Below, piece by piece: positions 28,501 through 37,253 of a stretch of DNA of 64,000 bases. The translations under genes were made by a program, and so were the position numbers. Source of the stretch: an uncultured virus (IMG/VR IMGVR_UViG_3300030109_004543). Lineage: Duplodnaviria; Heunggongvirae; Uroviricota; Caudoviricetes. Position 1 is the first letter of the stretch. Each line of letters starts with the position of its first letter. The notes beneath the pieces are model-generated. The model was not told where the DNA came from, made no database searches, and saw only the letters and a list, made by a program, of their open reading frames with translations. The stretch is from IMG/VR virus record IMGVR_UViG_3300030109_004543. One strand, given 5' to 3'.

Positions 28501-29901
28501 ATAGACCCTAGAAAATGGGGTATAAAAACAGGAATGGCTATAGAAAAATATGAAGATATCAATTTTACTAAAGATCCGGCCCAAACTACAGTAAGAACTG
28601 CTATATCATCTTCAACTGCTATGACAGGATCAGGCACAATAGATGCTAATACAACTGCAAACTTCCCATCTTCAGGAACTATTGAGATAGGAAACGAATT
28701 ATTTGATTATAGTGGTAAAACATCAAATACTTTTACAGGAGTACAAAGAAATGAAGCCCATACTTATACTATAGATGAAGATCATGCAGCAGGAGTCGTA
28801 ATAAAAGAAGTATGGCCTCATGCATATATTTCAGATGTATTAGATGATAGAACAGATAAAACAGCAAGTGCTTCAGGAACTATTCAAGGAATTCAAATAA
28901 ATGGGAGAACAACTGAAGAGTGGGCAGATGATACAACATTAGCTGCAGGACAGTTTGTAAAAGTACATGTACCAATTAGAGCAGGAGATATAGTAAGAAT
29001 AGACAATGATATAGCAAACATAGACCATGATCATTTGGTTTCTAGTCTAACTTTTACAGATTTAAATAGTGTTTTAAGAACAGAGTTTGAAACTATTAAA
29101 AAAGAAACTGCAAGTATAATGAAATATCCTAGTACAGCTGAACTTTTAAGTAATGAAATTGTTGAAAGAAGTATTTATCATACTAAACGAAATAGATCAC
29201 AACAAAAATTTGCTTTAGGAAAAGATACTAATGAACCTATGCATATTTCAAATATGGCTCCATCAGGATCATTATTAAATGGGGCGATATCAAATACTAC
29301 AGATACAACAGTTACTGTAGATAATGGAGCCCATTTCTCTACAGGACAAATATTATGTGTTTCTAATGCTACAGCTACCGAACATATGGTAGTAACAAAT
29401 GTTTCAAGCCATGACCTTACAGTAGTAAGAGGTTTTAATGGAGCTTCAGCCCATGCAGATGATGTAGCTGTTTTTGTTCAAAGATCAAAAGAAATTCGTT
29501 GGGGCTATAGTTCAAGTCAACCACATAAAGAACAACCAGCAGCTTCTAGAACATTGATATTAGATACAGGCGAAGAATATGTAATTAGAGCAGGTTCAAG
29601 CAAAGACTCAGATATGTTAAACGCTGATATGGGATTAAATAGTCATTATATATTATATTGGAATGATGAACATCCAAATGAATTTCAAATACAAACTATA
29701 ATAGATTGGACATCTACAGACTTCCCTCAAGATTCAGTAGTGATAGCTATTATAAAGGGAGGAGCATCAAATCAAGATCAGGCTAATGGAGGAGATGTAG
29801 CTGAAGTACATACTTTTGCAACAAATCAGATGATCCCCACTACTTACAATATTAAATTTGTTGATGCAGACACAGAACATTCACATCTATTTCATTTCTA
29901 A
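25576..29901 (+). CDS. Tail tip protein with about eight copies of a 65-70 aa beta domain
   Basis: Tal-like N-terminus (ILFAGKIYNVE...ITCIDAL); repeated L..ALD.SET.I.VD...E.I..T....LT..RG..GTTAA.H.D. Confidence 0.7.
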   Translation: MAQITKFQYWDGSRWKRPLREGQEAYLGCIITDLIGQPRTAVVRVQDTPTNPYSSTVDSRKGYFNGVFTEFTDIKITDIETHSILFAGKIYNVEETASETTGTELIITCIDALQQLQDFQTDSWRHTADNLEGFSDNLTKRSDVITRGIRNSGIIDIEDSINSDHEFIKNSSAKFTKSPTLMGSTSKIDLTKDGRSLINSIAKLAASEPHSHTTALTAGINTSVATIVVEDTSGFPTAGKILIGTEIIEYTGLTLGTSFTGCVRGSNNTTAASHSDNDVVKSLFEGSHGFNYYADPNVKTAQQNVPAPAQTLNYFQKFTRPSSDSGGAPLKAKGLTVAYTADSGYRATEHNSQNQNIKAKVSGSIAYNDTTIELDNALTFPSDGGVIYIDSEYIEYGSHNKAVPTILSDCVRGSGADSMPKTASGSLLAEALDDSETGIDVDDGTDFAQGNVIQVKDERMFVTGISSNTLTVTRAYDGTTAVTHDDNTVVYIVGTTAAAHLSDKTAYYVSKAKALMYPSFSFTEKNTDLFTEGVVYYPETGLGDDSIPSGYTKHKTFELLYAREISGEYHWRDLLFEGDEFISAGGILLAEALDDSETDVTVDRGDAFQVGDVIKIDNEEMLVTNIGGGNVLTVVRNYNGTTAASHSDNATITIKKTSEFLKLSYDNGNNFIGVKKWEIIQPPDSAGVGGYLGSATNEICRVQHQTSITAATNGYVLISDLPRVSTTLNTALTAGASSVVLKDATLYDGDDFPNLHCMLRIGKEDIIVSSLSTRTYTVAKRGANGTTATEHAAGSRVDLIFFPPIEQQLNEALDNSETTITLDDASDLPSAGGAILIDNEIITYTGISSENLTGCTRGVGSTVAATHDDNTKVYLLTQMVGNTSGITSYIKPKEGRLREKYGMPRVKRVRLTGINNKKDIREAITASLINSHQTNGLNGLFAITKYPYSTIVGKTSNLSTGHGADIALLSNSAHYIDPRKWGIKTGMAIEKYEDINFTKDPAQTTVRTAISSSTAMTGSGTIDANTTANFPSSGTIEIGNELFDYSGKTSNTFTGVQRNEAHTYTIDEDHAAGVVIKEVWPHAYISDVLDDRTDKTASASGTIQGIQINGRTTEEWADDTTLAAGQFVKVHVPIRAGDIVRIDNDIANIDHDHLVSSLTFTDLNSVLRTEFETIKKETASIMKYPSTAELLSNEIVERSIYHTKRNRSQQKFALGKDTNEPMHISNMAPSGSLLNGAISNTTDTTVTVDNGAHFSTGQILCVSNATATEHMVVTNVSSHDLTVVRGFNGASAHADDVAVFVQRSKEIRWGYSSSQPHKEQPAASRTLILDTGEEYVIRAGSSKDSDMLNADMGLNSHYILYWNDEHPNEFQIQTIIDWTSTDFPQDSVVIAIIKGGASNQDQANGGDVAEVHTFATNQMIPTTYNIKFVDADTEHSHLFHF

Positions 29902-29907
29902 TTGATT

Positions 29908-30342
29908 ATGCCTGCAAAAATACCCACAAAAACTAAAGTTATACGTTTTAAAACGAAAAATCCTTTTATGCGTACTAGTGAGATAGCCAAAAAAATGGGG
30001 TACACAAGAAGTTATGTACATAAAGTTTTAAAACAACATGAAATGAACACTAGAATTCCAAGTTTATTAAGAAGTAGGCCTGTATACTGCGTTCAATGTA
30101 AAAAATTAGCTAAAATAATTAAAAGAGGTTATCGTTATGATGCGAAAAAAGCAACGAAAACCTTCTGTTCTACTACTTGTAGAACAAATTATTATGAGAT
30201 AGAATTAACATGTATTTATTGCGAAGAACCTTTTATAAAATTAAGGTCTCAAATAAAACAAGCTTACAAATCAGGCTCGAAAGGCATATTTTGTAGAAAA
30301 ATCTGTGAAGTAAGATATAAAAAGTTTAAAGGTAAAGGTTAA
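29908..30342 (+). CDS. HTH plus Cys-rich zinc-finger protein
   Basis: TSEIAKKMGYTRSYVHKVL HTH; CVQC, FCSTTC, CIYC, FCRKIC. Confidence 0.7.
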   Translation: MPAKIPTKTKVIRFKTKNPFMRTSEIAKKMGYTRSYVHKVLKQHEMNTRIPSLLRSRPVYCVQCKKLAKIIKRGYRYDAKKATKTFCSTTCRTNYYEIELTCIYCEEPFIKLRSQIKQAYKSGSKGIFCRKICEVRYKKFKGKG

Positions 30343-30343
30343 A

Positions 30344-30877
30344 ATGGAAATTACAGATACATTAGTTGAACAATGGGAACCTAAAATACATAGAATCTTA
30401 GCGACTACTTCAATTCAAGGTATGGATAAAGAAGATTTAGTACAAGAATTGAGAATAGTGATTGTAAAAGCAGCTAAAAAATTCAATCCCAACAAAAAAA
30501 CTTCTTTCCATACTTACTTACATACAGCTATGATAAATACTATAAGAACTTTTATATCTCAAGCTCAGAAAAAAATACATGCTACTAGTATGGATAAGTT
30601 AATTATGTATAGTGAATCAGAGTATGTACCTTTTAAAATTTCTAAAGCTTTAGAAGACATAAGAGCTTCAGCCTTTATAGACGAGATTGAGATATTTGAT
30701 ATTCTAGATAATTTAAAGTTAACTGAAAAAGAAAAAAAGTACATAGAATTAAGATTTGAAGATTTAACAATGGTAGAAATTAGTGAGGATTTAGAAGAAT
30801 CGGCTTATAGAGTTAGAAATAAAATTAGAAAGAAATTTGAAAACTTATACAAGGAGAAGATTGAACATGCCTCTTAA
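30344..30877 (+). CDS. Phage-encoded sigma70-family sigma factor
   Basis: DKEDLVQE...AAKKFNPNKKTSFHTYL region 2; LTEKEK..IELRFEDLTMVEISEDL region 4. Confidence 0.85.
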   Translation: MEITDTLVEQWEPKIHRILATTSIQGMDKEDLVQELRIVIVKAAKKFNPNKKTSFHTYLHTAMINTIRTFISQAQKKIHATSMDKLIMYSESEYVPFKISKALEDIRASAFIDEIEIFDILDNLKLTEKEKKYIELRFEDLTMVEISEDLEESAYRVRNKIRKKFENLYKEKIEHAS

Positions 30878-31100
30878 AAACAGAAAGGGAAGTGGGGGGT
30901 TTTACAAAAAAGAAGAAGCAGAAAAAAGAATATATACTATTATAGGCTACAATAAAAAAACAAATAAAACATGGGAACAGGAAAAAACTACAAGTTTTAA
31001 AATAGCTAAAGAATATGTTGACAACAATACAAAAGATGATGTAGAATACTATGTATATTTAAAAAATAATAGTAATAGAATAATATACCCAATAGGATAA
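30867..31100 (+). CDS. Hypothetical protein
   Basis: ATG 30867 after AAGGAG. Confidence 0.6.
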   Translation: MPLKNRKGSGGFYKKEEAEKRIYTIIGYNKKTNKTWEQEKTTSFKIAKEYVDNNTKDDVEYYVYLKNNSNRIIYPIG

Positions 31101-31102
31101 CA

Positions 31103-32386
31103 ATGGAAAATAACGAGTTTATAGAATCAGGTTTAATTTTTAATTTAAATAGTAAAGTAGCTTTAAGAAAATTTAAATATTCTTCTTCAGATTTTGCTAA
31201 ACACGGCAAAGTATTTAAATGGTTAAACACATATGTAGATGAAAATGGAGAATTTCCTCCCCACTCTTTATTACAAGAGAATTTCCCTGAACTTAATCCG
31301 GAAGCTGCAGACAATAACCTAGACTATTTAATTGGAGTCTTTAAAAATCAAGTTACTTTTAGAGGAGCTGTCAAAGCCTTTCAAAATAACAAAGAGTTAT
31401 TACAAGAAAACCCTAAAAAAGCTATATCTCAAATAAGTTCTTTATTAGATGATGTTATGATTCATGGAGATGACGATATAGTAGAGTATGATAAAGGTAG
31501 CGATGAGAGATTTAAAGAGTGGATTAAAAGAAAAGAAGAGAAAGAAAACACGAAAAATGGTCTAAGAGGGGTAAAAACTCCTTTTAGTATGTTAAATAAG
31601 ATGGGAGTAGGGTGGTTACCCGGAGAATTGATAGCGTTTTATGCTCGACCAACTGTAGGAAAAACTTGGATGTGTGTAGATATAGCAGCTACAGCAGTTA
31701 AAGAAGGGATTAAAACTTTATTAATCTCTACTGAAATGCCTGTAGAAGCTATAAGTTTAAGATTAGATGTTGTATTAGGACATAAAATGGGGTATACCTT
31801 TTCCCACACAGGTTTAAGAACAGGTGGAGAGATAGAAGAAGACCACTATAAAGAGTTTTTATCTAAGCAAGATTCTAAAAACCTATTAATATGTGATCAT
31901 ATAGAAGGAGAATCTAGTATATCTTTAGAAGGTATAGCTAGTTTAATTAGAAAATACACTCCTGAATTGGTGGTTTTAGATGGAATATATCTTGTAACTA
32001 CTAAAAGTGGGAGTAAGAAACAAATGTGGGAGCAATCTCATTCTTTGTTTTATGGAATTAAAAACCTTTCATTATCCTTTAATATTCCAATAGTTGTTTC
32101 TACTCAAGCTACTAGAGAAGCAGCCGATACTGCAGCATTTCCAAGACCTGAACATGTAGCTTTTGGCGATGCTTTAATTAGAGCTGCAGATGTAGCCATT
32201 GCGATGAGAAAACCTGAATCAGGAATATCTGAGATAAGTTTATCAAGTCAACAAGAAGATAGAAAACGAGACATTAAATTTCAAAAGTATAGAGATGGTG
32301 AATTACCATCCTATCAAGTAAGTTTAAAATGGGATGTGGACAAAGGTATAATTGAAGAGTATAATAAATATGAGAATGATTATTAA
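31103..32386 (+). CDS. dnaB: DnaB-like replicative helicase
   Basis: Walker A ARPTVGKT, ISTEM, LVVLDGIYL, VVSTQATR, ADVAI. Confidence 0.9.
   Translation: MENNEFIESGLIFNLNSKVALRKFKYSSSDFAKHGKVFKWLNTYVDENGEFPPHSLLQENFPELNPEAADNNLDYLIGVFKNQVTFRGAVKAFQNNKELLQENPKKAISQISSLLDDVMIHGDDDIVEYDKGSDERFKEWIKRKEEKENTKNGLRGVKTPFSMLNKMGVGWLPGELIAFYARPTVGKTWMCVDIAATAVKEGIKTLLISTEMPVEAISLRLDVVLGHKMGYTFSHTGLRTGGEIEEDHYKEFLSKQDSKNLLICDHIEGESSISLEGIASLIRKYTPELVVLDGIYLVTTKSGSKKQMWEQSHSLFYGIKNLSLSFNIPIVVSTQATREAADTAAFPRPEHVAFGDALIRAADVAIAMRKPESGISEISLSSQQEDRKRDIKFQKYRDGELPSYQVSLKWDVDKGIIEEYNKYENDY
32358..32366 (+). promoter_or_regulatory. AGTATAATA motif in the helicase 3' end
   Basis: 42 nt upstream of small ORF 32408. 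Confidence 0.4.
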
Positions 32387-32407
32387 AGAGAAGTTAAAGG
32401 AGTAAAT

Positions 32408-32578
32408 ATGCTTAGAATGATTTTTAAGTACAGAAGTATTCTTCCGGAGCTCTTAGATTTAGTAGAAGTATCAGTTGCAAGTATGCAGGATGGTAAAATT
32501 TCTTCTAAAGAAAGAAGTGCTTTAATGAAGAAGTTTTGGGCTTTAGTAAAAGCTTTAGAAACATCAGCTAAGAAATAA
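32408..32578 (+). CDS. Small protein, 56 aa, with DGKISSKE motif
   Basis: Hand-translated, AAGGAG RBS, fills the helicase-primase gap. Confidence 0.7.
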   Translation: MLRMIFKYRSILPELLDLVEVSVASMQDGKISSKERSALMKKFWALVKALETSAKK

Positions 32579-32582
32579 GTAA

Positions 32583-33422
32583 ATGGCTGATTGGACATCA
32601 ACATTATTGAATATAGGAATAAATGTTCCTCTAGATAGAGATCAGTTCTCAATTCTATGCCCTTTTCATGATGATCAAAGGTCTTCTTGTTCTATCAATG
32701 TAGAAAAAGAAGCTTGGATTTGTTTCGCAGGTTGTGGATCAGGTTCATTAAAGACCTTTGCAGAGAAGTTAGGATATAATGTTGACATTGAATATGATGT
32801 AAATTTATTTGATGAGTTCTATGAACCTGAAGAAGAAGGAGAGTTACAAGAAGTTTCTCTACCTGAAGATTTTATATCGGAATCCTATCCAAATTGGATA
32901 TTCGATAGAGGATTTGACGAGGAAACCTTATTCAAATGGGGATGTGGAACGAATAAATATAATGATTTAATCATACCTATATATGATAATAGAAGTAGAT
33001 TAGTAGGTTGGGTTACTAGAAGAGTTAATGCAACTCCTAAATATCTATATTCGTATGGGTTAAAGAAATCTTTAGTTTTATTCGGTTCAAATAGAATTAA
33101 AAGTACTGATTATGTTTGTATTACCGAAGGTATTTTAGATGCCATGTGGTTAGACAAGCATGAACATCCTTCAGTAGCCATACTAGGAGCTCATTTATCT
33201 AGAAAGCAGGCAGACTTATTAGTAAATTTGCCTACACAAGAACTAGTTCTTTGTTTAGATAGTGATGAAACAGGTAAAAAAGCTACTGATTATGCCTTGA
33301 CAACGCTTTCTGAGGATGTTATAGTATCATTAATAGATTTACCAAAGCAGTTTAAAGATGTTCAAGAAATAAAAAACAAAGTAACATTAAATACAATTAT
33401 TAATAAAAGAAATTTTTGGTAA
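32583..33422 (+). CDS. dnaG: DNA primase (CHC2 zinc finger plus TOPRIM)
   Basis: CPFHDD...CFAGC; ITEGILDAM; LCLDSDETG. Confidence 0.9.
   Translation: MADWTSTLLNIGINVPLDRDQFSILCPFHDDQRSSCSINVEKEAWICFAGCGSGSLKTFAEKLGYNVDIEYDVNLFDEFYEPEEEGELQEVSLPEDFISESYPNWIFDRGFDEETLFKWGCGTNKYNDLIIPIYDNRSRLVGWVTRRVNATPKYLYSYGLKKSLVLFGSNRIKSTDYVCITEGILDAMWLDKHEHPSVAILGAHLSRKQADLLVNLPTQELVLCLDSDETGKKATDYALTTLSEDVIVSLIDLPKQFKDVQEIKNKVTLNTIINKRNFW
33297..33325 (+). promoter_or_regulatory. Sigma70-type promoter TTGACA-17-TATAGT with extended TG, inside the primase gene
   Basis: TTGACA 33297-33302, TG 33317-33318, TATAGT 33320-33325. Confidence 0.6.
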
Positions 33423-33437
33423 AAATAGGAGACAAAT

Positions 33438-34115
33438 ATGAGTGGAATAGCACGAATACAATCAAGAATACAAGAAAGATTACAAACCCAAAACGTAGAC
33501 ACAAAAGAATACTTTTTAAGAGCTGGAGACCAAGTTTTTCTCTCTGCAGCAGGAGATGGTAAAGAAGGAGACCCTTTCGTTTCTGAAATACAGATGCTGA
33601 CTTGGAGAGAAGGTAACAGATTTAAAAGCGTTTTAATAACAGAAAACGATGATGTCGATAAAATTAGAGTGGCTTTAAATGTGCCTGAAGATTCTAGAGT
33701 TCAAAAGAAATTTGCAATGTGGACATACATATATGAAGCTTTGCATGTAGAAAAAAGAGTAGATAGTTGGACAGCATTAGAAGGCCCTAGTGGTAAAACC
33801 CTATATAAAGAAGAACTTAATGATTTTAGAATAATGTCCTTGCCTTTTGGAAGAGGTGGATATCTTTGGAATCAATTAGTAGATATCTTTGAAGAATGGG
33901 GAAGCCTTAATAAAGGTGTAATACGAATAAAAAGAGATGGAACAGGATTAGATACTACTTATAGTATAGCAGCTTCTACTAGAGAACTTAGCAATCCTGA
34001 TAAAGATACTTCAGAATTAGTATCTGTAGACGAATATTTTAAAAATAGATATTCTGCAGATATTGGAACTGATTCTTCAGGTAAAAAATCTGAGGATTTA
34101 AGCCTGTTTGAATGA
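33438..34115 (+). CDS. Probable single-stranded DNA-binding protein
   Basis: IKRDGTGLDTTYSI motif, acidic/aromatic C-terminus (EDLSLFE), between primase and polymerase. Confidence 0.6.
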   Translation: MSGIARIQSRIQERLQTQNVDTKEYFLRAGDQVFLSAAGDGKEGDPFVSEIQMLTWREGNRFKSVLITENDDVDKIRVALNVPEDSRVQKKFAMWTYIYEALHVEKRVDSWTALEGPSGKTLYKEELNDFRIMSLPFGRGGYLWNQLVDIFEEWGSLNKGVIRIKRDGTGLDTTYSIAASTRELSNPDKDTSELVSVDEYFKNRYSADIGTDSSGKKSEDLSLFE

Positions 34116-36160
34116 TAGTAAATACAGAAAATTATCAAGAAGTTATTGATAAAATTCTCCCAAAGAAATCATGGATAGTAGATGTCGAAACCAATGGTTT
34201 AGACCCATTTCACGTTAACCGATTATGTGGAATAGGAATAGGAACAGAGGAAGGAGATACTTATTACTTTCCCTTTCGACATCAACAGGGTGGGAATCTA
34301 ATTATCAAGAAATATTTGAAACCTTTAATAGAGGTTATGAGTCAGAGAGAGACTCTAATCGGATATAACATTAAATTCGATTTAAAATTTCTAGAATTGG
34401 AAGGATTAGATACCGACAATATTAAACTAGTTGATGTCTTAGTAATGGTACGTTTAACTGAACCTACTACTATTCGTGATTTAGATTTAACTTCTACAAT
34501 ATTTAGAAGTTATGGGGAAAAAGCAGCTTCATACGACATAGAAACCAAGAAGATTTTAAAGTCTAATAAATGGCACAAGGATTTTTCTTTAGCTCCTGTA
34601 GATATACTAGGGGAATATTGCGAGCAAGATGTGAAATGGACTGCTAAATTACATGAAGATAGAATGCTAGATATAAAAGAAACTGATCAAATAGAATTAT
34701 TTGAAGCACAATGTGAATTAACAAGAGTATTAAATCACATGGAAAGAACAGGTATTCCAATTGATCTAAAGTATGCAAAAGATTTGATAGATAAATTAGA
34801 AGCTAGAAAACAAGAGGTAGAAAAACAAGTTAAAGTTTTACTAGACGATCCTGAAATAAATATAGGGAGTACTAAACAGCTAGGAGAAGCTCTTAATAAA
34901 AGAGGAATTAAATCCCCTGTAAAGACTCCTAAAGGAAAACAGTCTTGGAGTGAAGAAGCTTTAGCTAGGATAAACAATCCTATTGCTGGGTTAGTAAGAC
35001 AGTATAGAACTTTGGAAAAATTAAAGAGTACTTATGTAGAATCTTTAATAGAACCCTATGAAATTCCTATTCTACATTCTTCTTTCTGTAATTGGGGCAC
35101 TTTAACAGGCAGACTATCGTCTAGAGACCCTAACCTACAAAACATACCTAGAAATCATTTCAAATTATCTAATAGAAAGTTTGATACTGACGAAAGACAA
35201 GATATCATAAAAAGAATAAATGCTTCTCTGACTTCTAAGGGAGGAGAACCTATTGAAAATTTAGATGATGAAGTATTAGATACTTGGGGATTTATAGGAG
35301 ATGAGTCTTTTGACGAAACAGATACTAAAGAAATATCTATTAGAAGGTTATTTGTACCTAGAAAAGACTACACTTTAGTTTCTTTTGATTACTCTCAAAT
35401 GGAAGTAAGGGTATTTTTAAGCTATTTGAAAAATCCAAAATTTGACGACTTACTAAAGAAAGGAGATTTAGATTTTCATTCCGAAGCAGCTAAGTTAGCT
35501 TTTAATATCTCAGAGAACCATGTAGATTTTAAAACTTATAGACAAGCTGCTAAAGCTATTACCTTTGGAATTATATATGGAATAGGAAATAAAAAATTAG
35601 CCACACAATTAGGGGCTACAGTAGAAGAAGCAAAGAAATATAAAAAAGATTATTTTAAGAATATTGAAGGTTCAAGAGACTTTATTAATGGTGTAATGCA
35701 AGCAGTTTTAGATAGAGGATATTTATATAATAAGTATAAAAGGTTTTATGCTATTGAATCAAAATATGCTTACAAAGGAGTAAACTATTTAGTTCAAGGC
35801 ACTAGTGCTGATATTTTAAGCGAGAGGATGATAGAAGTACATAAATATTTACAAGATACGCAAAGTAATATACTATTACAAGTACATGACGAGATTATAT
35901 GTGAAATTCATAATGATGAGGTAAACACTATAACATACGAAATTAAAAATTTATTAGAAAACAATAGTTTAAATATCCCATTAAAAGTAGATGTGGAGGT
36001 TTGTGAACCTTCTTGGGCTTCAAAAAGAGATGTAACTTTTGTGAAACAAGGAGATTCTCATTGGGTTTTGGGAGGAAAGGTAGATTTATCAGATTTACCT
36101 TCTAGAAAAGAACCTGAAAAAATTGAAGATCATATCGATTGGGATACAGTAGGAGTTTAA
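34112..36160 (+). CDS. polA: Family A DNA polymerase with 3'-5' exonuclease
   Basis: DVETNGL, YNIKFD, YCEQD; TGRLSS..PNLQNIP; DYSQMEVR; KAITFGIIYG; QVHDE. Confidence 0.95.
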   Translation: MIVNTENYQEVIDKILPKKSWIVDVETNGLDPFHVNRLCGIGIGTEEGDTYYFPFRHQQGGNLIIKKYLKPLIEVMSQRETLIGYNIKFDLKFLELEGLDTDNIKLVDVLVMVRLTEPTTIRDLDLTSTIFRSYGEKAASYDIETKKILKSNKWHKDFSLAPVDILGEYCEQDVKWTAKLHEDRMLDIKETDQIELFEAQCELTRVLNHMERTGIPIDLKYAKDLIDKLEARKQEVEKQVKVLLDDPEINIGSTKQLGEALNKRGIKSPVKTPKGKQSWSEEALARINNPIAGLVRQYRTLEKLKSTYVESLIEPYEIPILHSSFCNWGTLTGRLSSRDPNLQNIPRNHFKLSNRKFDTDERQDIIKRINASLTSKGGEPIENLDDEVLDTWGFIGDESFDETDTKEISIRRLFVPRKDYTLVSFDYSQMEVRVFLSYLKNPKFDDLLKKGDLDFHSEAAKLAFNISENHVDFKTYRQAAKAITFGIIYGIGNKKLATQLGATVEEAKKYKKDYFKNIEGSRDFINGVMQAVLDRGYLYNKYKRFYAIESKYAYKGVNYLVQGTSADILSERMIEVHKYLQDTQSNILLQVHDEIICEIHNDEVNTITYEIKNLLENNSLNIPLKVDVEVCEPSWASKRDVTFVKQGDSHWVLGGKVDLSDLPSRKEPEKIEDHIDWDTVGV

Positions 36161-36162
36161 AT

Positions 36163-36756
36163 ATGATAAAATTACCTATGGAATTACCTTTTACAGAAGA
36201 GATGATATTAAAAGCAGAAAAACGAGCTAAAGAAATGGGGGCAATAAACAACTCTATTCTTGAGGGCGAAGGGAACAAAGCAGGATTTTTATCCGAAGAA
36301 GTCTTTTTAAAATACTTTTCAGATAGTACATTAGTTTCACAGTCAGAAGAACAGAGATATAAATTTGATATTATGCTTAAAGGTTTAAAATATGAACTTA
36401 AAACTATGCAAAGGACAGTTCCAGCCTCATTATCACACGAATGTTCTGTAGCTGAAACAAGTACGCATCAAGCCATGAAAGGGGGAGCAGATATGTATGT
36501 ATTTTTCAGCATAGAATTTGAGGATCAAGATAAAAAGGAAAACTTTGTTCCAAAAACTGTTTGGTTAATGGGATGCATATCTACAAAAAAGTTTTACGAG
36601 AAAGCAAAATTTTTGGGAAAAGGTACTATAGACCTTGATAATAATCATAAAGTATCACAAAATAAATATAATATCCAAGCGTGGAGATTAAAACATTTAA
36701 TAAAAAACGAGTTTCAAACTAACGATGGAATTGATTGGGACTCAGTAAAGGAGTAA
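36163..36756 (+). CDS. PD-(D/E)xK-like endonuclease
   Basis: GFLSEEVF...FDIML....ELKT. Confidence 0.55.
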   Translation: MIKLPMELPFTEEMILKAEKRAKEMGAINNSILEGEGNKAGFLSEEVFLKYFSDSTLVSQSEEQRYKFDIMLKGLKYELKTMQRTVPASLSHECSVAETSTHQAMKGGADMYVFFSIEFEDQDKKENFVPKTVWLMGCISTKKFYEKAKFLGKGTIDLDNNHKVSQNKYNIQAWRLKHLIKNEFQTNDGIDWDSVKE

Positions 36757-36758
36757 AA

Positions 36759-36980
36759 ATGGCAAAAATAGATATACACTTAGGATTTACATTCAGAGTT
36801 GGAGATGTAAATAGTAATCAATATAGTAGAGTCGATGTTACAATTGGCGATGTTGATACTGATTCACCTATAGAAGACCAACTAGATAAAAGTAAAGAGA
36901 CTGTAGACAAAGTTTGGGAAGAGGTAAGAAAACAAGTAGACAGTAAAATAGACGAGATTCTAGACGAGACGACAAAATAA
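36759..36980 (+). CDS. Hypothetical protein
   Basis: ATG 36759 after AAGGAG. Confidence 0.7.
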   Translation: MAKIDIHLGFTFRVGDVNSNQYSRVDVTIGDVDTDSPIEDQLDKSKETVDKVWEEVRKQVDSKIDEILDETTK

Positions 36981-37252
36981 TGTTTGATCCTAAAGAAACA
37001 GAAATTACAAGAGCAGAAGTTTTACACTCACTTTTAGCAGAGAGAGAAAGACAAGATGCCCTATGGGGAGATCAAACTAAAAACTCAGATACTAAGTGGT
37101 TAAACATCACTTCTAGAATAGTACATAAAATGTATGATATTGTTGATGAGGAAGATTCCCAAGATATTTTATATTCAGAAGTTATACAAGGGGCTTCTTT
37201 ATTAATGGCTTGGGCTGAATATTTAAGAAGAAAGAATTCAAAAGAGGAATAA
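36980..37252 (+). CDS. MazG-like helical protein, possibly degenerate
   Basis: ERERQDALWGDQ...W...EVIQGA...AWAE. Confidence 0.5.
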   Translation: MFDPKETEITRAEVLHSLLAERERQDALWGDQTKNSDTKWLNITSRIVHKMYDIVDEEDSQDILYSEVIQGASLLMAWAEYLRRKNSKEE

Positions 37253-37253
37253 A

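Noticed and set aside
35152..35340. Intein or intron in polA
   Set aside because: Too short, no Cys/Ser start with His-Asn end, frame uninterrupted
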